Assembly (NCBI GenBank): GCA_030427255.1
Contig: JAUHWY010000018.1
Span: 2,359 to 66,358, forward strand
Reading direction: 5' to 3'
DNA: 64,000 bases
DNA from: Bacteroidia bacterium
GTDB lineage: Bacteria; Bacteroidota; Bacteroidia; CAIKAF01
This document shows, in pieces, positions 18,102 through 27,104 of the stretch (positions within the stretch are counted from its first letter, which is position 1; every line of letters begins with the position of its first letter). The notes beneath the pieces were generated by a model. That model was not told the DNA's origin and did not search any database. It worked only from the letters and a program-made list of their open reading frames with translations. The position numbers and the translations under genes were made by a program.

Positions 18102-19121
18102 ATGGCAAAAAGACAAGCCGGTGCCGCAAAAAAAGGCACCCACAGCAAAGAAACTTGGCTAAAATGGTATGAGGAAATGCTCTTGTGGCGCCGCCTCGAA
18201 GAAAAAGCCGGACAAATGTATACCATGGGCAAAATCCGCGGGTTTTGCCACCTTTATATCGGTCAAGAGGCTTTGGTGGCCGGAGCTTGCTCAGCCATTC
18301 GACCCGACGATAACATGATTACTGCCTACAGAAATCACGTGCACCCCCTTGGAAAAGGTATGGAACCCAAGTTTATGATGGCAGAACTTTATGGAAAAGC
18401 CACCGGCTGTTCCGGTGGAAATGGCGGCTCCATGCATATGTTCTCTAAAGAACTACGCTTCTTTGGCGGTCATGGCATTGTGGGCGGACAAATTCCTCTT
18501 GGTGCAGGACTCGGATTTGCCGACGCATATAAAGGTGAAGACCGGGTAACGCTTTGTTATATGGGCGACGGCGCCGTTAGACAAGGCTCTTTCCACGAAA
18601 CCCTTAACTTGGCCATGTTGTGGAAAATTCCCACCATTTTTATCATTGAAAACAACATGTACGCCATGGGTACTTCGGTAGAACGTAGTTCCAACGTTAC
18701 CGATTTGTATAAGTTGGGCTTGGCTTACGATATGCCTTCGGAGCAGGTAGACGGCATGAAGGTAGATGAGTTTCATAAATGCATCGAAAAGGCCGCAGAA
18801 CGCGCCAGAAAAGGCGAAGGACCAACCCTCATTGAAGCAAGGACCTACCGCTACAAAGGACACTCCATGAGTGATCCTCAAAAATACCGTACCAAAGACG
18901 AAGTGGAACAGTACAAGGCTCAAGACCCCATTCTGTACGCTTTGGCCCACCTCCAAAAAAACAATTGGATAACCGACGAAGAACGGGAAACCATCGACGA
19001 TAGGGTAAAGAAACAAGTGCAAGAAGCTGTTGACTTCGCTGAGGAATCACCATTCCCCAGCCCGGAAACCCTTTGGGAAAATGTGTATTCCGACAAATCC
19101 TATCCTTTCATTAAAGACTGA
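18102..19121 (+). CDS. pdhA: Pyruvate dehydrogenase E1 component, alpha subunit
   Basis: TPP-binding region. YRYKGHSMSDP motif. Confidence 0.85.
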   Translation: MAKRQAGAAKKGTHSKETWLKWYEEMLLWRRLEEKAGQMYTMGKIRGFCHLYIGQEALVAGACSAIRPDDNMITAYRNHVHPLGKGMEPKFMMAELYGKATGCSGGNGGSMHMFSKELRFFGGHGIVGGQIPLGAGLGFADAYKGEDRVTLCYMGDGAVRQGSFHETLNLAMLWKIPTIFIIENNMYAMGTSVERSSNVTDLYKLGLAYDMPSEQVDGMKVDEFHKCIEKAAERARKGEGPTLIEARTYRYKGHSMSDPQKYRTKDEVEQYKAQDPILYALAHLQKNNWITDEERETIDDRVKKQVQEAVDFAEESPFPSPETLWENVYSDKSYPFIKD

Positions 19122-19143
19122 ACCTTTTTATTCTTAAGCAAAC

Positions 19144-20433
19144 ATGGCGGAAATTGTGCGTATGCCGAAACTTAGCGATACCATGACCGAAGGTGTGGTG
19201 GCTGCTTGGCATAAAAATGTGGGCGATAAAGTGCAAGCAGGAGATCTGTTGGCTGAAATTGAAACTGACAAAGCCACCATGGAATTCGAAAGTTTCCAGG
19301 AAGGGGTGCTTTTGCACGTTGGGGTCGAAACCGGCGGGACAGCTCCGGTCGATTCTATTCTTGCCGTATTGGGCAAAGAAGGCGAGGATATTTCTGAGCT
19401 TCTCGCTCAAGAAAAAGAAGCTCCTAAAAAGGAAAGCACCGAAGAAGCACCCAAGCAAGAGTCTGAGCCTACCCAAAAAGAAGCTCCCGCTCCTGCCGCT
19501 AAAGAAAGTACGCCAACGCCTACTCCTCAGGCTTCGGAGTCCGCTTCTCAAACATCACATGGCTTCTCGGACGATCACGGCCGAATTAAAGCTAGCCCTC
19601 TCGCCCGCAGTATGGCCAGAGATAGAGGCATTGACCTCAGAAATGTAAAAGGCTCCGGTGATCAAGGTAGAATTGTCCGAAGAGATATCGAAGACTTTAA
19701 GGGGGCTCCTCTCCCTAGCCTTAACCATTTTTCCGCTGCGCCCGCCGGGGTGGAATCTTCCAGAGATGAAAAGGTGAGCCAAATGCGCAAAACCATTGCG
19801 CGCCGACTTGCAGAAAGCAAGTTTACCGCACCCCACTTTTACCTCACCATGGATATGGACATGGATGAAGTGGTAAAGGCACGCAAAGCCATCAACGAGC
19901 GCTTAGATACCAAGGTGTCTTTCAACGATATCGTAATCAAAGCCGTTGCTCTTGCCCTTAAAAAACACCCGGAAGTCAACGCTTCTTGGTTGGGAGATAC
20001 CATTCGCTACCACGAACATGTACACATGGGAGTTGCCGTAGCAGTTCCCGACGGATTGGTGGTGCCTGTGATTCGACATGCCGACCAAAAAAGCTTGGTA
20101 CACATAGCCTCCGAAGTGCGTGATTTTGCCGGCCGTGCCCGCGAAAAGAAAATACAACCCGACGAAATGCAAGGAAATACCTTCTCCATTTCAAACTTGG
20201 GAATGTACGGTATTGAGGAGTTTACGGCCATCATCAACCCACCCGACGCTTGCATTTTGGCCGTTGGTGCCATACGTCAAGAGCCGGTAGTGAAGGATGG
20301 GCAAATTATGGTAGGCAACCGCATGAAAGTTACCCTTTCCTGCGACCACCGTGTAGTAGACGGAGCCAAAGGCTCCGAGTTTTTGCGCAGCCTTAAAGGT
20401 ATGTTGGAGCAACCTCTCATGATGCTGGCCTAA
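19144..20433 (+). CDS. Dihydrolipoamide acetyltransferase (E2) of the pyruvate dehydrogenase complex
   Basis: Lipoyl domain (ETDKATMEFES), Ala/Pro-rich linker, E3-binding domain and catalytic DHRVVDGA. Confidence 0.85.
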   Translation: MAEIVRMPKLSDTMTEGVVAAWHKNVGDKVQAGDLLAEIETDKATMEFESFQEGVLLHVGVETGGTAPVDSILAVLGKEGEDISELLAQEKEAPKKESTEEAPKQESEPTQKEAPAPAAKESTPTPTPQASESASQTSHGFSDDHGRIKASPLARSMARDRGIDLRNVKGSGDQGRIVRRDIEDFKGAPLPSLNHFSAAPAGVESSRDEKVSQMRKTIARRLAESKFTAPHFYLTMDMDMDEVVKARKAINERLDTKVSFNDIVIKAVALALKKHPEVNASWLGDTIRYHEHVHMGVAVAVPDGLVVPVIRHADQKSLVHIASEVRDFAGRAREKKIQPDEMQGNTFSISNLGMYGIEEFTAIINPPDACILAVGAIRQEPVVKDGQIMVGNRMKVTLSCDHRVVDGAKGSEFLRSLKGMLEQPLMMLA

Positions 20434-20810
20434 TGGCTTTTCTATTGCTTTTCGACGTCTCAGGCGGCGAATTCCTGCTCATTGTTTTGGTAATCATTAT
20501 CTTTTTTGGTTCCAAAGGCATACCGGATATCGCACGAGGCTTGGGCAAAGGCATTCGTGAAGTAAAAGACGCTACCGACAGCATCAAAAGAGAAATTACC
20601 GATACCGCACGCAAGGCCGAAAGAGATGCCAGAAACGAACTGGACCAAACCCTCGATCAAGCCTTTTCCGACGAGGACTACATCAAACCTCCTAAGCCCA
20701 ACCCTTACGACAGCGACTTCTCTACACCGGAAAGTTCGGAAGACGATGCTCCCCCAAAGGATGAGGACAAACCGCCGACCGAAGGATCCGACCCATCAAA
20801 AACAGAGTGA
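20433..20810 (+). CDS. tatA: Twin-arginine translocase TatA/TatB family protein
   Basis: TM helix followed by FGSKGIPDIARGLGKGIREVKDA amphipathic motif. Acidic C-terminal tail. Confidence 0.65.
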   Translation: MAFLLLFDVSGGEFLLIVLVIIIFFGSKGIPDIARGLGKGIREVKDATDSIKREITDTARKAERDARNELDQTLDQAFSDEDYIKPPKPNPYDSDFSTPESSEDDAPPKDEDKPPTEGSDPSKTE

Positions 20811-20817
20811 CATGCCC

Positions 20818-21474
20818 TCAATGACCTTGCGCAATGGCCAAATAGGCGCTTAAAAAGCAGAATCCCAACAGAATAAAAGTCCAATAGTAGGCCCAAGGCC
20901 CATAGCTGAGCCGTACGCTTTCTTTTTGACTTTGTAACCAAAAGCTGCCCAGCAATCCTAGCATTGCCGAGGGGGTAAAAAAGGGAAATCCATACCACCA
21001 CGCAAGGAAAGGACTGCTAATAGCCAATAAGCTCACCATGGGCAAAACCATGCGCTCAACTCCCGAAAACGCTTGCGCTTTTTTGCCATCTGCCACCTCC
21101 TTGGCCACCACTTCCGCCGGAATTTCCAAGCCACGCTCTGCCAATACCAAACGAGCTAATGCTAAGTTTTCCTCGCCCCATTCTTCCGATTTCCTGAAAA
21201 TTCCAATGAGCTCCAAATCCTTCATGGACCAAAAGGGATGATTTTTTGGAGGCGTTCCCAGCAGTTCCGGCAAACGTTCCCTCAATACAGCAATTTCTTC
21301 TGCCAAAACATACAGCCATAGCACCGGCGGAAAAGGTCCCCGGCCCGTAATGGCGTCAAAAGGCCTGTTTTCTATCCGGACTCTTACTGAAAACCCTTCA
21401 TCCTCAAGCAGTTCTTTCAGCGAATCGGCATTTTCTTTTACCTCATACCTACCGACCAAATGCCAATGTGCCAT
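20818..21474 (-). CDS. Hypothetical protein with C-terminal transmembrane segments
   Basis: 218-aa ORF. No motif recognised. Preceded upstream by a C6A8 homopolymer tract. Confidence 0.4.
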   Translation of the reverse strand: MAHWHLVGRYEVKENADSLKELLEDEGFSVRVRIENRPFDAITGRGPFPPVLWLYVLAEEIAVLRERLPELLGTPPKNHPFWSMKDLELIGIFRKSEEWGEENLALARLVLAERGLEIPAEVVAKEVADGKKAQAFSGVERMVLPMVSLLAISSPFLAWWYGFPFFTPSAMLGLLGSFWLQSQKESVRLSYGPWAYYWTFILLGFCFLSAYLAIAQGH

Positions 21475-21477
21475 TGC

Positions 21478-21665
21478 CTTGATTTTTTTTGGGGGGCAAA
21501 CGGGCTGTCAGCTATACGCGCCTGCGGCAACAAGGGGTGGCAGCAACCCAAAGTCGGGGCTTGCTGCGCGCCGCCGCGCCTTTGGGGCTGCCACTCCCTG
21601 TTGCCGCAGCCGGGTGCCGCTTCCATCCCTGCCCCAAAGATTATGCGCTGAAAACTCAATGCCTG
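21478..21665. repeat. GC-rich long imperfect palindromic element
   Basis: T8G6 tract, then inverted repeat CCTGCGGCAACAAGGGGTGGCAGC ... GGGGCTGCCACTCCCTGTTGCCGCAGCC. Confidence 0.6.
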
Positions 21666-21671
21666 CCAAGA

Positions 21672-23531
21672 TTACATTTGCTCAGGAGCCTCAATACACA
21701 ACAGGCTCAAGGTCTTTGCCAAATGGTCTGCTACAACCTTGGTTAAGGCCAATCGGTAATCCCGTGCTTCGGTATCTTCTGCTCTTAGAATCGGATGGTC
21801 GTGATAAAAACTACTGTAGGCCGAGGCCAACTGGTAGGCGTAGTTGGCCATTTCCGAGGGACTATAGTTCCGCGCTGCTGCGGACAATATTTCTGGAAAA
21901 CGACTCAATAAACGCACCAATTTCCATTCGGCAGCATCCGGGGAGTAGTGTCCCGACAAAGAGCTGTTTAAAAACTCCAAACCGGAAGTGGAGGCATTCC
22001 GTAAAACCGAACAACAACGGGCATGCATGTATTGAATGAATGGACCGGTATTTCCTTGGAAATCAATGCTTTCTTTAGGATTAAACACCATGCGCTTTTT
22101 AGGATCCACCCTCAAAATAAAATAGCGGAGTGCGCCTAAGCCAATAGCACTCCATATTTGCTGTTGCTCCACCTCATTCAACTGGTTGAGTCGTCCTTGT
22201 ACAGAAGCTTTTTCGCGGGCAATATCCGTTACGGTTTCTATTAAATCGTCGGCATCTACCACGGTGCCTTCCCGGCTTTTCATTTTTCCGGTCGGAAGTT
22301 CTACCATTCCGTAAGACAAATGGAACAGCTGGTCGGAGGCTTTAAGACCCAAACGCTTTAAAATTTCAAAGAGCACCTTAAAATGGTAGTCTTGTTCGTT
22401 TCCCACCACATATATGGCACGTTCAAAATCAAAATCTTGCTGCTTTTGATAAGCCAGGGCTATATCTTGGGTCATGTACACCGTGGTTCCATTGCTGCGT
22501 AAAACCAACTTTTCATCCAGACCAATGTCGGTTAGGTCTATCCAAACCGAACCATCTTCTTTTTCAAAAAATACCCCTTTTTTGAGGCCTTCCTGTACGG
22601 TTTCTCGCCCTAAATTATAGACGTCGGATTCGAAGTATACTTTGTCAAACTTTAGGTCAAGGGCTTCAAAGGTTTGGTTGACTCCCTGGTAAAACCAGTC
22701 GTTCATTTTTTGCCAAAGAGACCGAACTTCGGAGTCACCCTTTTCCCAGGCAATGGTTAATTCGTCTACTTTTTGAGCAATAGGCGCCTGCTTTTGAGCT
22801 TCTTCTTTGCTTAGTCCTTTAGCCATTAGGGCTTCGGTTTCCTCCTTCCATTGGCGGTTGTACTCCACGTAGTATGCGCCAACAAGCGCATCTCCCTTAA
22901 TATTTGCTTCCTGTGGACTGAGTTTTTCTTTGCTCTCCAAATAGGCTGCCATAGACTTGGAGATGTTGGTGCCCCGGTCGTTGAATAAATTGGTACGCAC
23001 CACGGTATGTCCTTTGGCTTCTAATATTGAGGCTAAAGAACTTCCCAGAAAGATGTTGCGTAAATGCCCTAAATGCAGTGGTTTATTGGTGTTTGGCGAA
23101 GGATATTCCATAAGCACCGTGGAACGACTACCGGGAGCTTCAAATCCGGCTTTGGGATGTTTAAGCAACCATTCGAGTGCCTCGTTCCAGTATGCTGCAC
23201 TTAGCTTAAGATTCAAAAAACCGCGCACGGTTTGGTAGCTTTCAATGGCGGGTAGGCTAGTCTTGAGTTGTTCTCCTAAAACTTGGCCCAGGTCTTCGGG
23301 GGACATACCCAAAGGCTTTATGTACGGAAACAATACCACCGCAAAGTCCTCATCCATTTCGTTGGGTGGCAATTGCACCTGTGGCTGTTTGAGTTTTTCG
23401 GGAATCTGCCACGACTTTTCTTGCGCCAAGGAGGCTATGTTTTTTTCCGCTTCAAGGGCAATACGCTCCACAATTCTTTCCATGCGGTAAAGATACAGGC
23501 CTAATGCATTTAAGGTTCCAATTTTTAGCAA
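21672..23531 (-). CDS. argS: Arginine--tRNA ligase
   Basis: Class-I HLGH motif (PLHLGHLRN), KMKS motif and DALR-type C-terminus. The start is probably the Met at 23483. Confidence 0.85.
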   Translation of the reverse strand: MLKIGTLNALGLYLYRMERIVERIALEAEKNIASLAQEKSWQIPEKLKQPQVQLPPNEMDEDFAVVLFPYIKPLGMSPEDLGQVLGEQLKTSLPAIESYQTVRGFLNLKLSAAYWNEALEWLLKHPKAGFEAPGSRSTVLMEYPSPNTNKPLHLGHLRNIFLGSSLASILEAKGHTVVRTNLFNDRGTNISKSMAAYLESKEKLSPQEANIKGDALVGAYYVEYNRQWKEETEALMAKGLSKEEAQKQAPIAQKVDELTIAWEKGDSEVRSLWQKMNDWFYQGVNQTFEALDLKFDKVYFESDVYNLGRETVQEGLKKGVFFEKEDGSVWIDLTDIGLDEKLVLRSNGTTVYMTQDIALAYQKQQDFDFERAIYVVGNEQDYHFKVLFEILKRLGLKASDQLFHLSYGMVELPTGKMKSREGTVVDADDLIETVTDIAREKASVQGRLNQLNEVEQQQIWSAIGLGALRYFILRVDPKKRMVFNPKESIDFQGNTGPFIQYMHARCCSVLRNASTSGLEFLNSSLSGHYSPDAAEWKLVRLLSRFPEILSAAARNYSPSEMANYAYQLASAYSSFYHDHPILRAEDTEARDYRLALTKVVADHLAKTLSLLCIEAPEQM

Positions 23532-23556
23532 ATTTTAGCCGCAAGTTTTACCTCTA

Positions 23557-24171
23557 TTGACAGGCTTTTATGAAATTCGTAGCATGAAATTTAATCTCAC
23601 CGACGTTACCCGTCTAATCCGAACTCGACGAAGCATTCGTCCGGAGCAGTTGCGCAACCGGAAGGTACACCGCGATCAGTTGGAGTTGATGTTTGAGGCT
23701 GCCAATTGGGCCCCAAATCATGGAAAAACCGAACCTTGGCGCTTTAAGGTATTTCAAGGAGAAGCATTGCAAGCGCTGCAGCAACAGATGGCGGATGTAT
23801 ACAAAGAGGTGAGTGCCCCCGATGCTTTTTTACAGTCCAAATACGAACAAATTCAGGCTAGAGCGCAAAAGGCTTCTGTGGCTATTGTAGTGTGGATGAA
23901 ACGCCAGGAAAGCGGCCGAATTCCTGAAGAAGAAGAGATGATGGCAGTGGCTTGTGCCGTTCAGAACATGAGTCTGGTAGCCACGGCTTATGGCATGGGG
24001 CTGTTTTGGTCTTCCGGAAAAGTGGCCTATGCGCCCTCCTTTGCCAAGTATCTGGGTATTGAATCTCCTGATCGGGTGTTGGGGGTGCTGTATCCGGGCT
24101 ATCCGGAAGAGGAGTGGCCCGAAGGCAAGCGCAACATTTGGATGAATAAGGTGGAGTGGAACGGGTTTTAA
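23557..24171 (+). CDS. Nitroreductase family protein
   Basis: RRSIRPEQL FMN-binding motif. Nitroreductase fold length. Confidence 0.7.
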   Translation: MTGFYEIRSMKFNLTDVTRLIRTRRSIRPEQLRNRKVHRDQLELMFEAANWAPNHGKTEPWRFKVFQGEALQALQQQMADVYKEVSAPDAFLQSKYEQIQARAQKASVAIVVWMKRQESGRIPEEEEMMAVACAVQNMSLVATAYGMGLFWSSGKVAYAPSFAKYLGIESPDRVLGVLYPGYPEEEWPEGKRNIWMNKVEWNGF

Positions 24172-24329
24172 CAAAAAGCTCCCATAACTTCCTTTTTTTT
24201 GCGTTTTTCTTGGGGTATGGAGCCAGCCGGGGCTCCTTTTAGCTTTTATGCCGGATGTAGAGATTTTCAAAATGTTAATTATTTGAAAATGAGATACTTA
24301 ACATTTTTTATGTAGAGATTTTTTATGGG

Positions 24330-24525
24330 GAGAGGCATTGCCCTACGGAGCTTAAAGCGCCCCGATGGAGTCGGAAAGCCCGGAAGTTGGAGGCCCGGCT
24401 CGGCTTAGCGGGTGGAGGCTGATTCCATTGGTTTGGAGAAGCCCCCGCACCGCTTAGCCGGCCGTGGCCTCCAGCTGAGGACTTGGAGACGGAAGCGGAA
24501 AAGGCGCCCAAAACTTTAAAATGCA
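24330..24525. repeat. GC-rich long imperfect palindromic element
   Basis: Inverted repeat GGAGGCCCGGCTCGGCTTAGCGGGTGG ... CCGCACCGCTTAGCCGGCCGTGGCCTCC. Confidence 0.55.
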
Positions 24526-24575
24526 ATAACCTAAAAATTGGAGCTCTTTAAAGCTTCCTTTTTTCAAATGTGGGT

Positions 24576-25157
24576 TTAGCCGAAATATTCCGGGGCGTTG
24601 CCGGGCTTCCATTTGATGTTGCAGCCCATGCTTGGTTTTTGGTCTGTGGGGATTTTATTTCCCTGCAACAGCTGTTCTACCGCTGCGGCAAGGTCAGCTC
24701 CGGTGACGGCTGCATCATTCTTTGGGCGGGCATCATCGAATTGGCCGCGGTAAACGCAGGCAAGTGCATCGTCAAACAGCATGAAATCGGGAGTGCAGGC
24801 CGCAAAATAGGCTTTGGCGGTTTCTTGCGACGCGTCGAATAAATAGGGCCAATCAAATCCATATTCTGTGGCAAGATCCTTCATTTTTTCGGGGCTGTCT
24901 TGCGGGTATTTCTCTACATCGTTGCTGGAAATAAAGGCAATTCCCAAGCCCATATCTTGCCATTCCGTGCATAAATCTACCAATTTGGGCAGGATATGAA
25001 TTACGTAGGGGCAGTGGTTGCAAATGAACACCACCAATAGACCTTTTGGACCTACCAGGTCTTCCGGGCTCCATGCTAAGGATCCAATGGTATCGGGCAA
25101 TTCAAAGTCAGGTGCTCTAAATCCCAAAGGAATTTGGTGTGTAGGTGTAGCAGCCAT
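24576..25157 (-). CDS. Thioredoxin-fold protein (AhpC/TSA or thioredoxin-family peroxiredoxin-like)
   Basis: CNHCP (CxxC) active site embedded in a thioredoxin-fold context. Confidence 0.7.
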   Translation of the reverse strand: MAATPTHQIPLGFRAPDFELPDTIGSLAWSPEDLVGPKGLLVVFICNHCPYVIHILPKLVDLCTEWQDMGLGIAFISSNDVEKYPQDSPEKMKDLATEYGFDWPYLFDASQETAKAYFAACTPDFMLFDDALACVYRGQFDDARPKNDAAVTGADLAAAVEQLLQGNKIPTDQKPSMGCNIKWKPGNAPEYFG

Positions 25158-25169
25158 ATATTGATGTTT

Positions 25170-25787
25170 TCAGCTAAGGTACGACCATTGCTTAAGACGG
25201 GCATCATGTGCTTCTTGGCAAAAGTGGCATAGCCAGTTCTGCAGCATTTGGAATCCTCCGGGCGTCATTACCGATTCGGGGTGAAACTGCAGCACGGTCC
25301 ACGGCTTGCTTTGATGCACAGCGGCCATGCAGGCTCCATCTGAGGTGTGGGCCAGGACCTGCCATTGCAGCGGATGCATTTGTTTAAAGGCCCAACTATG
25401 GTAACGGCCTACTTGGATGGGAGCCTTAATGCCTTGAAAAAGCCAATGGTTTTCTTGAGAAAGTTGCAAGTGGTCTTCTTGGCCATGGGCCACCACCGGT
25501 AGTTGCTCCAAGTGTTCTCCGGTTAATTGCCCCAGCGCTTGCATACCTAAGCAAATGCCGAGTACGGGCAAATCAGCTGGCAGTTGCCCGAGGATTTCCA
25601 TTAAGCGGCCCGAAGTGTTAGGCAATCCCGGTCCGGGAGAGAGTATAAGGGCATCGGCCTTAAAAACCTGATCAAAAGAGGGGGCGTCGTTTTGCCAAAG
25701 GTTTAGGGAGTTGTCGCTCAAAACCTCCAGGTAGTGTACCAGGTTTCCGGTAAAGGAATCGTAATTATCGATGAGGTGCAACTGCAT
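25170..25787 (-). CDS. pabA: Aminodeoxychorismate/anthranilate synthase component II (class I glutamine amidotransferase)
   Basis: MQLHLIDNYDSFT start. GICLGMQ catalytic Cys motif. C-terminal His/Glu region. Confidence 0.8.
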   Translation of the reverse strand: MQLHLIDNYDSFTGNLVHYLEVLSDNSLNLWQNDAPSFDQVFKADALILSPGPGLPNTSGRLMEILGQLPADLPVLGICLGMQALGQLTGEHLEQLPVVAHGQEDHLQLSQENHWLFQGIKAPIQVGRYHSWAFKQMHPLQWQVLAHTSDGACMAAVHQSKPWTVLQFHPESVMTPGGFQMLQNWLCHFCQEAHDARLKQWSYLS

Positions 25788-26199
25788 GCTTGTAGTGCAA
25801 ATAGAGCCAGAGGGGGCCAAAGGCATTGGCGGCCATTAAAAAGGCCAACAGGGTAGGGGCGAAGGCTCCACTTTCCATGGCGGGCAACACGCGGGTTAAG
25901 TGTTCGCTCATTAAAGGCCAGAGGTAAAGCCATGCGATGATTTCCAATCCTTTTCCCAATAGAAAAAAACGCCACCATTTTTGTTGTGGGTTTCGCCAAT
26001 ACAGCCACAAAAAGACCAATGTTGCCAGGCTAACCAAAAAAAGTAGGGCAATGGGCAGCCGCACATCGGCAAGGCCAATACCTAAATAAAAGTCCAGGTT
26101 CACTTGCATGAACCTATAAAAGTAAAGGTAAAGCCCCAGCATTGGGACTTTACCTAAAGCTAAAAGGATTGCGGAAACAGGCCGCCCTTTGAATGGCAT
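25765..26199 (-). CDS. Hypothetical membrane protein
   Basis: Hydrophobic 144-aa ORF. It overlaps the pabA start, so the true start is uncertain. Confidence 0.35.
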   Translation of the reverse strand: MPFKGRPVSAILLALGKVPMLGLYLYFYRFMQVNLDFYLGIGLADVRLPIALLFLVSLATLVFLWLYWRNPQQKWWRFFLLGKGLEIIAWLYLWPLMSEHLTRVLPAMESGAFAPTLLAFLMAANAFGPLWLYLHYKHAVAPHR

Positions 26200-26200
26200 G

Positions 26201-26665
26201 TTAGTTCACGAACTTTTTGCGGTTGGCCAAATAAATAATGGGGAAAAGAGATTTTCCTAAGAGGGCAATAAAAATTCCGGCAATCATTACACCTTCGGTG
26301 GCTGAAGCCATAGACCGGCTAAATTGAGCCATGGACAATTTCATCATGCTCACCTGAAAATCAAAGGTGATAATGGAGCTCAAAATGGTTAAAAGAATAA
26401 CAACGGCCTTGCTGATCATATACAGCTTAAACCCTTTTTGTTTGAGTTTAATCATTTGAATTGCTGCAATAAGCATAACGACATTCAAAACCGGACTGAT
26501 TACCGAGACGATTTTGGAAAAGGTAGGAATCATTGGGTTGGCCAAATTTGCCCAGCCAATTAATCCAAAAAGTGCGCCTAAGCTTTGAAAAATAATGGTC
26601 ATCACAATCAATGCCATTAGTCCTCCGGAGGCCTTTTCTTGTTCTTGTAAATCTATTTGTTCCAT
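26201..26665 (-). CDS. Hypothetical membrane protein
   Basis: Four predicted TM helices. No motif. Confidence 0.4.
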   Translation of the reverse strand: MEQIDLQEQEKASGGLMALIVMTIIFQSLGALFGLIGWANLANPMIPTFSKIVSVISPVLNVVMLIAAIQMIKLKQKGFKLYMISKAVVILLTILSSIITFDFQVSMMKLSMAQFSRSMASATEGVMIAGIFIALLGKSLFPIIYLANRKKFVN

Positions 26666-26699
26666 AGCTTTTAATTTTAAACGAATTTAGGAGAATAAT

Positions 26700-27104
26700 T
26701 CATGGTATTTTGGTTCGTTTTTGTGCTTTTAACCAACAAAGTGCCAACAGGCATGGCCAAAGTGCCCACAGACCTAGAGCCAGCAGAATGGAAGTGGCAT
26801 CCATTTTTGGAAGCTGATCCGGAGCAAAGGCCCACTGCAGAACAAAGCCCATCAGAATAAAAACCTTTCCGGCAAGGTACCATTTGAGGCAAGTTTTCCT
26901 TTGAATTGCTAGTCCATAACGCATAGCCCACAAGGCCAGTAGTGCCCCAACAATTCTAATTCCAAAATCTAGCGGGTGAACCCCACTTGTCCAAAAGGAG
27001 GCCGGTTCCATGGCATTTACCCAGCTGTTCATCAAACGCCAACATAGGCCTGGAATGGCGGCAAGGCATAACCCAAGCCATAGAAATTTAATTGGACTGC
27101 TCAT
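26700..27104 (-). CDS. Hypothetical membrane protein
   Basis: Hydrophobic 134-aa ORF. Trp/Leu-rich helices. Confidence 0.4.
   Translation of the reverse strand: MSSPIKFLWLGLCLAAIPGLCWRLMNSWVNAMEPASFWTSGVHPLDFGIRIVGALLALWAMRYGLAIQRKTCLKWYLAGKVFILMGFVLQWAFAPDQLPKMDATSILLALGLWALWPCLLALCWLKAQKRTKIP

Noticed and set aside
19111-19551. 146-aa minus-strand ORF and 151-aa plus-strand ORF (19193..19648) overlapping the E2 lipoyl/linker region
   Set aside because: Alternate frames of the Ala/Pro/Lys-rich linker-coding DNA. The E2 frame has lipoyl, E3-binding and catalytic motifs.
21350-22039. 229-aa plus-strand ORF overlapping the argS 3-prime region and the GC palindromic element
   Set aside because: It runs antisense to a well-supported argS gene and through a repeat element. 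No motif. The Ser/Pro/Arg-rich composition is typical of GC-rich antisense frames.
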